Assembly: GCA_965218785.1 (NCBI GenBank)
Contig: OZ244650.1
Location: 1,152,001 to 1,216,000, forward strand
DNA length: 64,000 bases
Direction: 5' to 3'
From: Nitrosopumilus sp.
GTDB taxonomy: Archaea > Thermoproteota > Nitrososphaeria > Nitrososphaerales > Nitrosopumilaceae
This document shows positions 1 to 10,990 of the stretch, one piece after another (the stretch's first letter is position 1; every line of letters begins with the position of its first letter). A model generated the notes under the pieces. It was not told where the DNA came from, made no database searches, and saw nothing but the letters and a program-made list of their open reading frames with translations. A program made the position numbers and the translations under genes.

Positions 1-271
1 CGGATTCGATATCCAATGTTCCAAAATGTTTTTTTATTTCTTCATCTTTCATTGATTGGGATATTTGAGATTCTTGTTCGGGCGTCAAAGGTCTAAGCGA
101 GTTAATTATTTGCAAACAATCTTCTGGATGTTTACTTTCCCATGCGATTAAAATTTCAATTGCCGATCTTAAAAAATCCGATGTGCTTGAAAATTTTTTT
201 GACGATTCAACTACTTCACTAATCTGTCTTTTTTGCATTGGAAGAATGGCAAATTTGTCAATCTCATTCAT
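1..271 (-). CDS. Ribbon-helix-helix (CopG/Arc/MetJ-like) domain protein, partial (runs off window start)
   Basis: Hand-translated open frame from ATG at 271: MNEIDKFAILPMQKRQISEVVESSKKFSSTSDFLRSAIEILIAW...; 'F.S.SDFLRSAI' is RHH-like; divergent from the helicase operon. Confidence 0.55.
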   Translation of the reverse strand, partial: MNEIDKFAILPMQKRQISEVVESSKKFSSTSDFLRSAIEILIAWESKHPEDCLQIINSLRPLTPEQESQISQSMKDEEIKKHFGTLDIES

Positions 272-476
272 GAAAACTATTTTACATTTACGGGTTAAAA
301 ATGTTCTAAAAAAAGGTCTATTTTTTAAATTAAGGCATTAAATGTAAGATTGACATTCTGATCGCACTTTTGACCATTAAATCACTCTAATTAATCACTT
401 TATATTTAAAAAAAGACTTTTTCTAGAAATAAACAATACTTTTAATAACAAATTATGCGTAGGGTATATATGCAAG

Positions 477-932
477 TTGAAAAAACTGATCGCCCAGACT
501 GGAGATTTTCATAAAATGTCTAGTCAGTCTTTTAGAAAAAAAACCAGAGTTGTTCTTACAAATATGGATCTAAAACTTTTTCAATATTATAATAATACAC
601 ACGGACATAATTCTAATAAGTATCTCAATTCTTCAGATTGTTGCATAGTGTGTGGTGGTGGATGTTCTTTTGATATTCAAGAAAAAATGATTGAACCTCT
701 TGTTGGCCACCATGTAAAATATTTTCCACCTATAATTGCTTTTGTTCATTATTCTTGTCATAAAAAAATTCACGATATGGATAATCCCATGAGTGTATTT
801 ATTCAATATGAAAAAGGTGATTCTAAAAAATATTATGATTCAATGAAAAAGAACATAGAGTCCAATAAATCTAAATTAAAAAATTTGGAAGAAATATCTG
901 GAAAAAATATCATCAGGAGATTATATAACTAA
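477..932 (+). CDS. HNH-like zinc-binding protein (true start may be downstream)
   Basis: CIVC ... GHHVKY ... VHYSCHKKIH pattern resembling HNH/treble-clef nucleases. Confidence 0.5.
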   Translation: MKKLIAQTGDFHKMSSQSFRKKTRVVLTNMDLKLFQYYNNTHGHNSNKYLNSSDCCIVCGGGCSFDIQEKMIEPLVGHHVKYFPPIIAFVHYSCHKKIHDMDNPMSVFIQYEKGDSKKYYDSMKKNIESNKSKLKNLEEISGKNIIRRLYN

Positions 933-1147
933 TGATACGTTATAATCAGGGATTTGATATGAATTGGGTTCCCTTCAAATCAAAATGGCCAGGAAAATGC
1001 GAAGCCTGTGAATGCTCTATTTTCGAAGGGGATGATATTTTTTGGAACAAAATTTCAAAAAAGATCAGACATGAAAAATGCCTTGATGTTGAATTTTACC
1101 AAACAATGAATCAAACACAGTATTGGAAAGGAGGCAGACATAGATGA
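932..1147 (+). CDS. Small zinc-binding protein
   Basis: SKWPGKCEAC...I..GD.I.W...HEKC; overlaps both neighbours (TAATG/ATGA-type coupling). Confidence 0.55.
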   Translation: MIRYNQGFDMNWVPFKSKWPGKCEACECSIFEGDDIFWNKISKKIRHEKCLDVEFYQTMNQTQYWKGGRHR

Positions 1148-3606
1148 CTGCTTTCGTTTTAGAATCTTGTCCAAAATGTAAGAATGCATTATATGAACAA
1201 TATATCAATGGTAATGAGATTCTTATTTGTACGAAATGTAAATTCGAAAAGATATGTAACACCGAACCTCAGATAAAAGAAGTGGTTGCACCAAATAATT
1301 ATAGGAAATTAAAAATTAAAACAAATATAGATAAAACATTACTAAAACCTGTTTCCGAATTTGAAGATATTGATTTCTCAGAATATGTCAAGCAGGAAAA
1401 AAACTGCAAATTAATTCATGAGATGATCTTACCCAAATCTGAGCCCAAATACTCTCAAAAATCCCTAGACAAATTAATCACCAGTACAAAAATTAGGAAT
1501 TTTCTAAAGAAAGATATTCCAAATTTATATTCTTATCAGGCCAAAGTAATTACAAAAATTACTGAAGATAAAAATGTCATAATCACTGCACCTACCGCTT
1601 CAGGAAAAACAAAAGCATTCTTGATTCCAATTTTAGATAAAATCATTCAAAATCCAAATGAAAACAAGGTTTCTGCACTTTTTGTTTATCCAACTAAAGC
1701 ATTAACTGCGGATCAAGTTGAAAACATGTATGATCTTATTGCGGAATCAGGCATTACAATCAAACAGTTAGACGGAAGTAAAAAAGAGCAGGAATATAGG
1801 CGTCAGATAATCTCCAATCCCCCGGATATTCTTGCAACTAATTTTGATTTTATTTCTTACCACTTGGCTCATTCCAGCAGCACTCCTTTTTCACATGCAT
1901 TTAGGGAAATGATTAGTAATCTAAAATTCATCGTAGTGGATGAAACTCATCAATGCAAAGGATTCTTTGGAACTAATATCAAATGGATTTTAAAAAGACT
2001 GCAAAGATTAAATCCAGATTTACAATTTATTGCCGCATCGGCAACTTTAAACGATGCAGTTAATTTTTGCAACAAGTTATTCCCTGTTAAAATGACTCAG
2101 ATAGAAGGATCTGGTAAAAGAGGAAGTCTGACGGTACAATTTGTTCAAACCAGCACAGAACGCTCTTTGTTAATCACATTGACCCGGTTGTTTGCAAAGT
2201 ACGGGAGACAGGTTTTGACTTTTGCAAAATCAAGAAAAGATGCCGAACTTGTTGCAATTGACGGTTCTGACAAATCCTGTGAAATATTTGTTCATCGTTC
2301 CGGAATCTCTGATCAGAAAAGAGCAATCGTGGAATCTGCATTAAGAAAAAATGAAATTAAAGCGGTTTCCTGTACGCCCACCCTGGAGTTAGGCATAAAC
2401 ATTGGCAATCTTGATGCGGTAGTTTCTTCTTTTACCCCTTATTCTAGATTGACTCAAAGAATTGGAAGATCTGGCAGACATGGTCAGGACTCTAATGCAA
2501 TAATGGTTTTAGACGAATCAAACCCAATTGCCAACTATTACATCAAAAATATTCAAAAATATTTTGATGATGATAAATTACATACGATTAACTTTGAAAA
2601 TCCCACAGTAGTAGAAAACCAAATCCTCTTAATGGCAAAAGAAAACCCTCTTTCAGAATATGAAACCACTGAATTTTCTAAAACAGTTCAAATTCTATGT
2701 GGTGACGGACGATTAATTTTCAATAATGGGAAATACCATTGTTCTGATTCTGGCTGGAAATCTCTTGCCGAATATAATATCAGAGACATGGGTTCCTCTG
2801 TTAAATTATTTAAAAAGTTGTACTATTCAGAAAAGCAGTATCATATTGGCGAAATTGAAGCTCCAATTGCCTATGATTGGCTATATCCAGGGGCATTGTA
2901 CTTTCATGATAAGATAGCTTATCGTTGCCAGTCTTTTGAGAAACGAGCAAAATATTCTAAAGCATACTTGATTCCTGAAACCACTGCCAACATGACACTT
3001 CCAATAAAATTTAAAGATGCAGACATCAAAGAAATTTATGAATCTGCAGAGGGTTCAAACTTTACAATGGCATATGGTTTAGTCCACGTTCACCAACAAA
3101 TTTCAAAATATTATGAAAAAAATAGATCTGCATCTTTAGATAATGCGGAGATTCATGATGTAGATAAGCCACTTCATTTTGATTTTGACACATTAGGTGT
3201 TGCATTTAGATTAAATTCTCAAAATATCCCTTCAAAATTACACCTATCTGATTCACTTACTAGTGCGGATGGTGCATTGCATGCCGTCAAACATCTCTTA
3301 ATTCATGCTGCAAAGATGATTGTTGGTGCTGAAAGTAGTGAAATTGATGGAATGGTTGATCCTACTAAAAACATCATTTTGCTATTTGATAATTCTATGA
3401 ATGGTGGAAATGGGGTTTGCAAAGCAATATTTGAAAAACAAGATTTAGTTATTGAGCGAGCCTTGGAATTAATTTCAACTTGTGATTGTAATGAAGCGGC
3501 TGGCTGTCCAAAATGTACCCATTGGGATGGCTGTTCTCACTTTAATGAGAATTTAGAAAAAGAAGATGCAAGAAAAATTCTAGAATCTATGAGCTCTTTA
3601 CAATAG
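1144..3606 (+). CDS. DEAD/DEAH-box SF2 helicase with C-terminal DUF1998 (MrfA/Hrq1/SftH-like) and N-terminal Zn ribbon
   Basis: APTASGKT, YPTKAL, DETH, SAT, TLELGINIG, QRIGRSGR; C-terminal CDCNEAAGCPKC; N-terminal CPKC...CTKC. Confidence 0.9.
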   Translation: MTAFVLESCPKCKNALYEQYINGNEILICTKCKFEKICNTEPQIKEVVAPNNYRKLKIKTNIDKTLLKPVSEFEDIDFSEYVKQEKNCKLIHEMILPKSEPKYSQKSLDKLITSTKIRNFLKKDIPNLYSYQAKVITKITEDKNVIITAPTASGKTKAFLIPILDKIIQNPNENKVSALFVYPTKALTADQVENMYDLIAESGITIKQLDGSKKEQEYRRQIISNPPDILATNFDFISYHLAHSSSTPFSHAFREMISNLKFIVVDETHQCKGFFGTNIKWILKRLQRLNPDLQFIAASATLNDAVNFCNKLFPVKMTQIEGSGKRGSLTVQFVQTSTERSLLITLTRLFAKYGRQVLTFAKSRKDAELVAIDGSDKSCEIFVHRSGISDQKRAIVESALRKNEIKAVSCTPTLELGINIGNLDAVVSSFTPYSRLTQRIGRSGRHGQDSNAIMVLDESNPIANYYIKNIQKYFDDDKLHTINFENPTVVENQILLMAKENPLSEYETTEFSKTVQILCGDGRLIFNNGKYHCSDSGWKSLAEYNIRDMGSSVKLFKKLYYSEKQYHIGEIEAPIAYDWLYPGALYFHDKIAYRCQSFEKRAKYSKAYLIPETTANMTLPIKFKDADIKEIYESAEGSNFTMAYGLVHVHQQISKYYEKNRSASLDNAEIHDVDKPLHFDFDTLGVAFRLNSQNIPSKLHLSDSLTSADGALHAVKHLLIHAAKMIVGAESSEIDGMVDPTKNIILLFDNSMNGGNGVCKAIFEKQDLVIERALELISTCDCNEAAGCPKCTHWDGCSHFNENLEKEDARKILESMSSLQ

Positions 3607-4192
3607 ATATGCGTATTTAACTCAATTCCGGAGAACTAACACCGGGGCAAGTTTTTCAGAACATACTGATCTAAAAGCAAGGTTAGCATCATAAAAAAAT
3701 TGACAAGGATTAGATCATATGTAAACTCAATTCCACCATATCAAACAAAATTCTACTATAAACGAGCTGAACAATGAAAACATCATCTTCGAGAGATGCA
3801 TACACAGTAGAGTAAATTGGAAATCAAAGGAAAGTCATGACAAAAAGAGTTCTGATGCAGCACACACGCACACAATAAAGGCACTAGACAGCATGGTGGT
3901 GATGAACAAAAATTCATGAGACCAATATGGGAATCTATTCAGATATTGACCTTATGAACTTTTGATCGTCACTACGAACACTTGATTCACCAGATATCAT
4001 TGTGACAAAAATTGACATACTCAATAAAAGATACATGGAAGCCGTTGCAACACACATCAAAAAATTCAAGGTAATAAAATCCCAGATAATGAAAAGAGCA
4101 AAACAAGTAATCTGTGTCAGATTGGAAAAAATTAATGAGAACAATCTGAATCATGTAATGAAAATTTTTTCCGATTAGAATCCAGTATTACG

Positions 4193-4402
4193 CTAGGCGT
4201 ATTGATAGTAGCCAAATCTTTCCAATTGTCGTCTAATTGATTCTGCAAGACGAGCAAATCCGTTACGTATTGCATGATATAGCGCAGCTAGTAAAGAGAC
4301 AATCTCATCCCATACACTACGGTTTTCTTGTTGTTGTGCCAATAACATAACTATTTCATTCAAGTATAAAAATAATTTTAAAATTTTAGTCCAATTTGAC
4401 AT
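4193..4402 (-). CDS. Small hypothetical protein
   Basis: Overlaps upstream membrane gene on the same strand; amphipathic helix; start uncertain. Confidence 0.4.
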   Translation of the reverse strand: MSNWTKILKLFLYLNEIVMLLAQQQENRSVWDEIVSLLAALYHAIRNGFARLAESIRRQLERFGYYQYA

Positions 4403-5141
4403 CTTTTTGTACGATGTTTTTCTCTTTTAGGAATAAAACAAATTTTTCCACTAGAGAATTTTCTGTTCTAATTTTGTACAAAAAAGTCATGATATAAAAT
4501 GGAGCAGGAAGATAGATTATGCTTACAATCAATTCACTTGTATCAAGTCCACGTAACAGGGTTTGTAATACATTCATTGTAACAAAGCCTCCAATGATAT
4601 ATCTGAATGGGGTTGTGGGAGAAATAATTTTCTTTTTAATTTTTAAAAACAATCTCAGATTAGATGATTCAATGATACTAATTGGAACAACAATAAGTGA
4701 AACAATTGGCGTCATTATCCATGCAAGAATTAACACATCAAAATTACTTGATATTTTTATCTCATCTGAAGGCAATGATATACCTAGTGTAAACACCATA
4801 TTGTAAGCAATGAATACAACAAATGCCCAGCTGCCTATCCACAACAAAAACAATGAACTAGTAGAACTTTTTGGAGTTGATGCAAGAAAAAAATTTTTCT
4901 CATCTAATAATTCTGGTTTGATAAGAAAGTGAAACCAGGAAAATCTCTGCAAATAAAAGAATCCTTGTGCTATCCTTTCAGATACTATTTTTGTTACTAT
5001 CCAGGCAGTTACACCAAGCAGTACACTAATGATGAGGATGATCAATACATCTAAGTTTTGAGAATCTGTTATTCCATAAACTCCAGATCCCAAAGTAAGC
5101 CCGATTAACAGACTATGTATCCATCCTTCTTTTTTATTCAA
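4386..5141 (-). CDS. Multi-pass membrane protein
   Basis: 251 aa with about six hydrophobic segments. Confidence 0.7.
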   Translation of the reverse strand: MNKKEGWIHSLLIGLTLGSGVYGITDSQNLDVLIILIISVLLGVTAWIVTKIVSERIAQGFFYLQRFSWFHFLIKPELLDEKNFFLASTPKSSTSSLFLLWIGSWAFVVFIAYNMVFTLGISLPSDEIKISSNFDVLILAWIMTPIVSLIVVPISIIESSNLRLFLKIKKKIISPTTPFRYIIGGFVTMNVLQTLLRGLDTSELIVSIIYLPAPFYIMTFLYKIRTENSLVEKFVLFLKEKNIVQKDVKLD

Positions 5142-5198
5142 TTCTAACTTACTACCTACATTACATGCTACTAAATTTTTGAATCAATGTTAAAGAAA

Positions 5199-5504
5199 TT
5201 ACACATCACAGGTTCTTATGTGAAGGTGAGCACCGTTTCGTCTTGCCCAAGTTCTTAGAACACGATGTTGTTCACGATCTTTATCACGGGATTCCGGAGT
5301 TTCCCATTCAATAATTTGTATATCTTTCCCTTTTTTTGCAATGATGTCGGGTCTCTTTGTAACACCGTCCACTGTCAAGTTTTTCGGGGTGGAATAACCT
5401 GAAATGTCTGCCCGAACTTTGTAACCGTTTGAGACATACCGTGCAGCATCTCTAGAAATTGCAGCATCATGACATGTTTGTTTGTATCCTGATCTTTTGA
5501 CCAT
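5199..5504 (-). CDS. Small PD-(D/E)xK-fold nuclease-like protein
   Basis: GYKV ... RPDIIAKKG...IIEWET motif, Hjc/restriction-endonuclease-like. Confidence 0.6.
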   Translation of the reverse strand: MVKRSGYKQTCHDAAISRDAARYVSNGYKVRADISGYSTPKNLTVDGVTKRPDIIAKKGKDIQIIEWETPESRDKDREQHRVLRTWARRNGAHLHIRTCDV

Positions 5505-5544
5505 ACAATCTGATCGCGTACTTTGTAATAAACTGTTACTCCAC

Positions 5545-5750
5545 TGGTGTGGACCCCGCTAGAATGAGAACACTTTTTGCACGTTTTTACATACAGTTAT
5601 CATTATTTATTTCTCATCCCTCATTTTGATAAAAATTCTTGAGTCAATACCCCATGCAAAGTAGATCATAGAGTGGTTCTCACCAGTATCTGAAGAATTC
5701 CGATTGACCTCATGAAAATTTGATTGTTACCACATGTATGAATTCCGGCT
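5545..5750 (-). mobile_element. IS3-family right-end remnant
   Basis: TGGTGTGGACCCCGCTAGAATGAGAA terminal IR; reverse complement matches the 3' end of the element at 58380-58517. Confidence 0.75.
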
Positions 5751-5778
5751 AGTGTAATTATGAGATTAAAAAGGAATT

Positions 5779-7209
5779 CTAAGATGATTTTGCAGAAATC
5801 TTGCCAATAATATCTGTTAATTCCAATTCAAATTCTCGTGATATATCCCCTGCCCCACTTAATGCATGACCTGTTTCATGAAGTAGTGTTCCTGCATACG
5901 ACACAATATCCTTTAACTGGTCTCGTTTGATGATGATTCTTTCTTTGTATGTTTCCCAAAGACCTACTGCCTCCATACCTGATTCTTCATTACGCATGGT
6001 CTCAGATATTAAAATCTCATTGATCATATCAGGTCTGCCTCCAATCAAATTGAAAATATCGGGGGTCTTGTTCCAAATCTTACGCTCCCTTGGATTCAAT
6101 TCATCTGGTTTGATAAATTTGAATTTAAAACTCTCATTCCATTCACGATTATACTGTCCCAGATCTCTCATGGCGTTTCCCAAAACATCTGTCCCACCCT
6201 GAATCTTTTGACTGGTTGTCTCAGGGACAACCATGATTGATAATCCGTCACTTCGGGCGTTATCTACTGCCACTGGAGATGATTGTAATTGCTCGGGTGT
6301 AACAAAAACCACGGTTGATTCAGTATTTAGAATTTTACATGCATGCTCTGAGATATTGGAATATTTCAGTTCATCATGCTGTGTGCCTCTTTGAAATCCA
6401 TCTAAATCATCCATTAAAAGCTTGGCAACTCTTTGATCTTTACTTGATAACAAAATCGTTTTTACTCTTTCTGCATATGCCGTTCTTCCTATGTTTGTTC
6501 TTTCACGATTAAGTGCTTTTCTCATTGTGCTTGTCAATGAAGTTATGTTGTATGAGAAAAGAAAATTATCTTCTTCTGCTACTTTGACTCCGTTAATGTA
6601 GATTTTAGAAATACACTCATTGTCTGCTCGCCAAAGCGGGTTATGGGAAATTGGATCTTTTGTTAGAATCTCCCCATACTGTGTTTTTTCTAATATTTCT
6701 TCACCAGAAAATTTCAAAAACAAATTCTTTGCTTTTTCCATGTCTTCGTCTGTACAACCATCTATGATGACCTTAGTTCCAACAATACCTTCATCTGTTG
6801 GTGATAAAATCACGGCATGGAGTGTGACTATGTCCTCGAATCCATGTTTAATTGATTTGTCAATTGTGATATCCCCATATTTTGATTTTATTGTTATGTT
6901 AATCTTGTGTCTATCAAATGTGGCCAAGGCATCTTTTAATCCAACTCCAAATTTACCAATAACTAATTCGGGATGAGAAATTTTCTCCTCATTTTCATTC
7001 TGGGTTAAATGTTCGTATTTTATACCGCGTCCATAATCTCGGATTACAAAACAGTTATCCTCTTTTTTAATTTCAATGTCTTTTGTATCTGTAAGTAGTT
7101 GCTCATCTATGGCATTTGCAATAATTTCTCGTATTGCATGATGTACTTCCCAATCCTCTAAAACTTCCTCGATGTTTAGATCAAATTTTCTCATGATTGA
7201 AACTAGCAT
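5779..7209 (-). CDS. GHKL (HATPase/MORC-like) ATPase with C-terminal HExxH zincin-like motif
   Basis: REIIANAID, IRDYGRG, IGKFGVG, GTKV Bergerat motifs; LLHETGHALSG near the C-terminus. Confidence 0.8.
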   Translation of the reverse strand: MLVSIMRKFDLNIEEVLEDWEVHHAIREIIANAIDEQLLTDTKDIEIKKEDNCFVIRDYGRGIKYEHLTQNENEEKISHPELVIGKFGVGLKDALATFDRHKINITIKSKYGDITIDKSIKHGFEDIVTLHAVILSPTDEGIVGTKVIIDGCTDEDMEKAKNLFLKFSGEEILEKTQYGEILTKDPISHNPLWRADNECISKIYINGVKVAEEDNFLFSYNITSLTSTMRKALNRERTNIGRTAYAERVKTILLSSKDQRVAKLLMDDLDGFQRGTQHDELKYSNISEHACKILNTESTVVFVTPEQLQSSPVAVDNARSDGLSIMVVPETTSQKIQGGTDVLGNAMRDLGQYNREWNESFKFKFIKPDELNPRERKIWNKTPDIFNLIGGRPDMINEILISETMRNEESGMEAVGLWETYKERIIIKRDQLKDIVSYAGTLLHETGHALSGAGDISREFELELTDIIGKISAKSS

Positions 7210-7227
7210 CTAAAGTTCTCATGTATC

Positions 7228-9662
7228 TTAAAAATTTTGCGTAGTTCCAACAGATGTCATTCCCTCGATTTCAATTTTCACGGTATTCTCAGAATTATCT
7301 TTGATTGTTAGTACATATGGCAATACCTCTTTCACATCTTCCACATGAGTAATTATTATAATCTGTTTGAATTGATTTGAAAGTTTTGATAGTGCCTCTA
7401 GAATGCTGTGTTTCCTTCCTTCATCTTGGCTGCCAAATATCTCGTCTAGTACGATAAAATTAACCTGCATTCCCCCTACCCGTTCTGCCAATTCCTGTGA
7501 AATTGCAATCCGTAAACAAAGATTTGCTAGATCGGCCTCTCCTCCTGAGAATCTTTTTGTTGTAAATTGATTTCCTTCATCTTCAATCTGTATGTTGTAA
7601 TCCTCATCAAGATCCATTGAAGAATATCTTCCTTTTGTGATTTTTCTAAATAATTCAGATGATCTTTGTGAAAGTATTGGTCTTATTCTGGAAATAAGAT
7701 CTAATTTAAATTCATTCATTATTCCTTCTAATTTACTTCTTGAACCAATCTCTTTGTTTATTTTATCAATTGTAATTTGTTTTTCTTTTTCTTCCTCAAT
7801 ATTGTCTACAATTTGTTTTATTTGCAATATCAAATGTTCAAGTTTACCCTTTAATTTAATCCGATGCACTCTAGTTTCACTATATTTTTCTTTTGTTTGT
7901 TCCAAATTTTTTTCAGACTGTTCATATTCTATTTCATTATATCCAATAGAATCCAATTTCTTTGTTTCAGATATTTCTTTTTTCTCAAATATTGAAATAT
8001 CAATCAAAGATTGTTTTTGTCTATCAGATAAAACAAGTATTCTTTTTACATCAGCAGATAATTTCATAGATTCATCTTTGATTTTAGAAAGTTCATCAAG
8101 ATGTTTATTTATTTTTAAATGGTGATCACGATTATATTTCAAATCAGAAAACTTCTTCAATTTTCTTACTAAACTTGTTTTATCCTGATTTAGCGTAACA
8201 ATTGTTTTCTTACATTCTTTTAATCGGATTTGCAGTGATGTTCTATCAATTTTCTTCTTGTTAAGTTCCACAATATCTTCTTCAAATTCTTCAATCTTCT
8301 TTTTAATGGATTTGAGTTCTGAATCCTGTTTTTTCTTTTTTTCAGAGTCGTTACTAATTTTATCAGATAGTTTGGACATTTCTTGATCAAAATGCTTTGA
8401 AACGTGAGGAAAATGTTCTTTTAGAGGCCGTTTACAGGTAGGGCATTCGCCATCTTTTCCGAGTTTCATTATCTTGGAAAATTCTTCTTCTAGTTCTGAT
8501 CTTCGTATATTATCGTCCTTTATCTTGGTAGAAATTACATTTATCAATTTGGTGATGTTTTCTTTCATTGTTTCGTATTTTTCTAACTCTTTATCTTGTT
8601 TTTTGAATTCTTGATCAAGCCCATTTAATTTAACAAGTCTTTTTCCAATTTTTCTATTATCGTCTTCTTGTTTTTTAATCTTAAGAGAAATTGCGGTATG
8701 TTGATCTTCCAGTCCTTCCTTCTCGGTAAATTTTCCATATAATGAATCAAGTTCATTCTTTTCTTTTTTCATTGTTTCATATTTCTTTATTTTTGGAGCA
8801 ATCTGATTCATTCTTTTTTTAGAAAGATATGCATGCTCTAGATCGGATTCTATTATTTTTTTCTCATCCATCTTGGATTTTTTTTGTGTCATAATTTTTT
8901 CATATTCTTTGCTTACTTTGTTATAGTTTAGATATTTTTTTTATGTACTGTAAATTCAGTTCGTTTTTTACTCACTTCTAACATCAATAATTTAATTTGA
9001 TGGTCATGTTCTTTGACCTGTTTTGATACATCTTTTTTATCATCAGATATTTTATCTGATTCTTTTTCAAGAGAATCTATATCTTTTAAGCTATTTTCTA
9101 AAAATAAAATTTTATTTTTATTTTCTTTTATATCACTTCGTATTATGCTTATTGCATCATCTATTTTGTTAATTCGTAGTAATCTCATTATAGTTTTTTT
9201 TCTTTCACCAGGTTGTAAATTGGATAGAGAATTAAGTTCTTTTTGTTTTGCAAAAATAGAAGCGAAAAATGTAACATGATCCATGCCGGTTCTTTTTGCT
9301 ATGAATTCAGAAACCTCTGTCATTCCTTGAACTTCGGCGATATTGCTTCCATTGATAAAGACACTGGCATGTCCAGAAGCATTTCTTCCTCTTAATTCCC
9401 GAATAATTTTGACGGTGTCAGAACCAAACATCATCTCAAGTGTGACACTACAATCTTCAGTATCTGAAATTCCAGTTGTTTTTATTTGATCTTTTTTTGT
9501 TCGAGATGCATCATTTCCATATAAGCACCATCCCACGGCCTCTATCAAAGAGGATTTTCCCGAACCATTTCTTCCCACAATTCCTACTAGTCCAGATGGA
9601 AATTCAATGTCTTCATCTTGATATCGCCTATAATTTTTCAGATGAACTCGTTTCAAGAACAT
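7228..9662 (-). CDS. sbcC: Rad50/SbcC SMC-like ATPase, split by a frameshift (ORFs 8928-9662 and 7228-8892)
   Basis: Walker A GRNGSGKSS, zinc hook CPTC, signature FSGGE, Walker B LDEIFGSQD, ITH; one extra A in the A8 run at 8935-8942 joins the ORFs (VHKKKYLNYNK...IMTQ). Confidence 0.85.
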
Positions 9663-10780
9663 TATGCTTCTTCCTCTATCACCATGCTGAGGTATTTGTT
9701 TCCTAGTGTTTTGATTTCTTTTAATTCTTTGGGTTCTAGTTTAAGTTTCTGCAAGTAGTTTTCAAATTCTTCATTGATTGAACCAATTTGAGAAGACGAT
9801 ACATTGTTGCCTTCATCAAATTTCCAATTATACACAGGTTCATAATGCAATGTATCTGACATGATTTGTCGAATTTTTTGCAAATCTAAGGAAGCATGGA
9901 CATGACGTGGTATATTGTCAAATGTTACTTTGATAATTTTATCATCTATTTTTCCAGAAACCATTTCTTCTAGTTTATCCATAACCTCTGATGCGCTAAG
10001 TTTTTCACAATCAATTGGATCAAAGACTAGCATGTCACGCGCATTTGTTGGAATGTGTTTTATTGAAAAGTCATTAAGAGTAACTTCTACAAAACCTTTC
10101 TTGTCTTTGACTTCACTGAAGCTAAGCCTTTCAGGAGAACTACAATAGTAAGCATTTTCCTTGATTTTCAAAAATTTGTGATAGTGTCCTAATGCGATAT
10201 AATCAAAATCACTTTTGAGAGCAGATTTAGGAATTGTCTGTTCTTTGAATTCTCCCCAAGATGCTTCAGCAACATCACGTATGGCTGTGTGTGCAACCAT
10301 TACGTTATATTTGAAAGATTTGTCTACTTTTAGTTTTTTTATATTCTCTTGCAAGTCCTCATCAGAATACGAATGAGGAATTGCATGTATTGCACATTCT
10401 CCAATTTTTAGTTTTTCATATTTACCGCCAAAAACAGGATAAATGTCTTGAAAGTATTGTAATATGTTAAATATTGTATCTGTAGATTTTTGTCTTGGTG
10501 TGGAATGATTTCCTGCTATTATGACAGTGGGAATATGTTCCTGGGATAACCGAGATATTTGTTTTAGTGCCACAGAAATCGCTCGATTTGATGGACGTAT
10601 GCTGTCAAACAAATCTCCTGCATGAATTACAAGATCCGGTTCTGTTGTGATGATGTGGTCTACTATCTCTTTGAAGACATTATAGATGTCGTTTTCTCGT
10701 TTGTTGATTCCAGATTCAGAGTCAAATCTGCCATAGTCGGAATATCCTAGATGTGTGTCTGAAAAATGTACTATCTTCAT
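9662..10780 (-). CDS. sbcD: Mre11/SbcD metallophosphoesterase nuclease
   Basis: SDTHLG, AGDLFD, AGNH, LGHYH, SPERLSF motifs. Confidence 0.9.
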   Translation of the reverse strand: MKIVHFSDTHLGYSDYGRFDSESGINKRENDIYNVFKEIVDHIITTEPDLVIHAGDLFDSIRPSNRAISVALKQISRLSQEHIPTVIIAGNHSTPRQKSTDTIFNILQYFQDIYPVFGGKYEKLKIGECAIHAIPHSYSDEDLQENIKKLKVDKSFKYNVMVAHTAIRDVAEASWGEFKEQTIPKSALKSDFDYIALGHYHKFLKIKENAYYCSSPERLSFSEVKDKKGFVEVTLNDFSIKHIPTNARDMLVFDPIDCEKLSASEVMDKLEEMVSGKIDDKIIKVTFDNIPRHVHASLDLQKIRQIMSDTLHYEPVYNWKFDEGNNVSSSQIGSINEEFENYLQKLKLEPKELKEIKTLGNKYLSMVIEEEA

Positions 10781-10990
10781 ACTCTATCTAGTTGGGATTA
10801 GTAGATAAGTGATGAGTTTAAACTTGAAGGAATTTCTTGACAGGTTGATTCCCACATAGGTCATAGATTTTATCTTTTTTTCCCTAATGACTTTGTTTGT
10901 TTTTTCTTGGAATCAATCTCTTTACCAGATATTACATTTTCAGTACCACCAGAATTTCGTTTTTTATTCACATATTGATGGTCACATTAT

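Noticed and set aside
3760-4180. Fragmentary ORFs downstream of the helicase
   Set aside because: No recognisable motif on either strand
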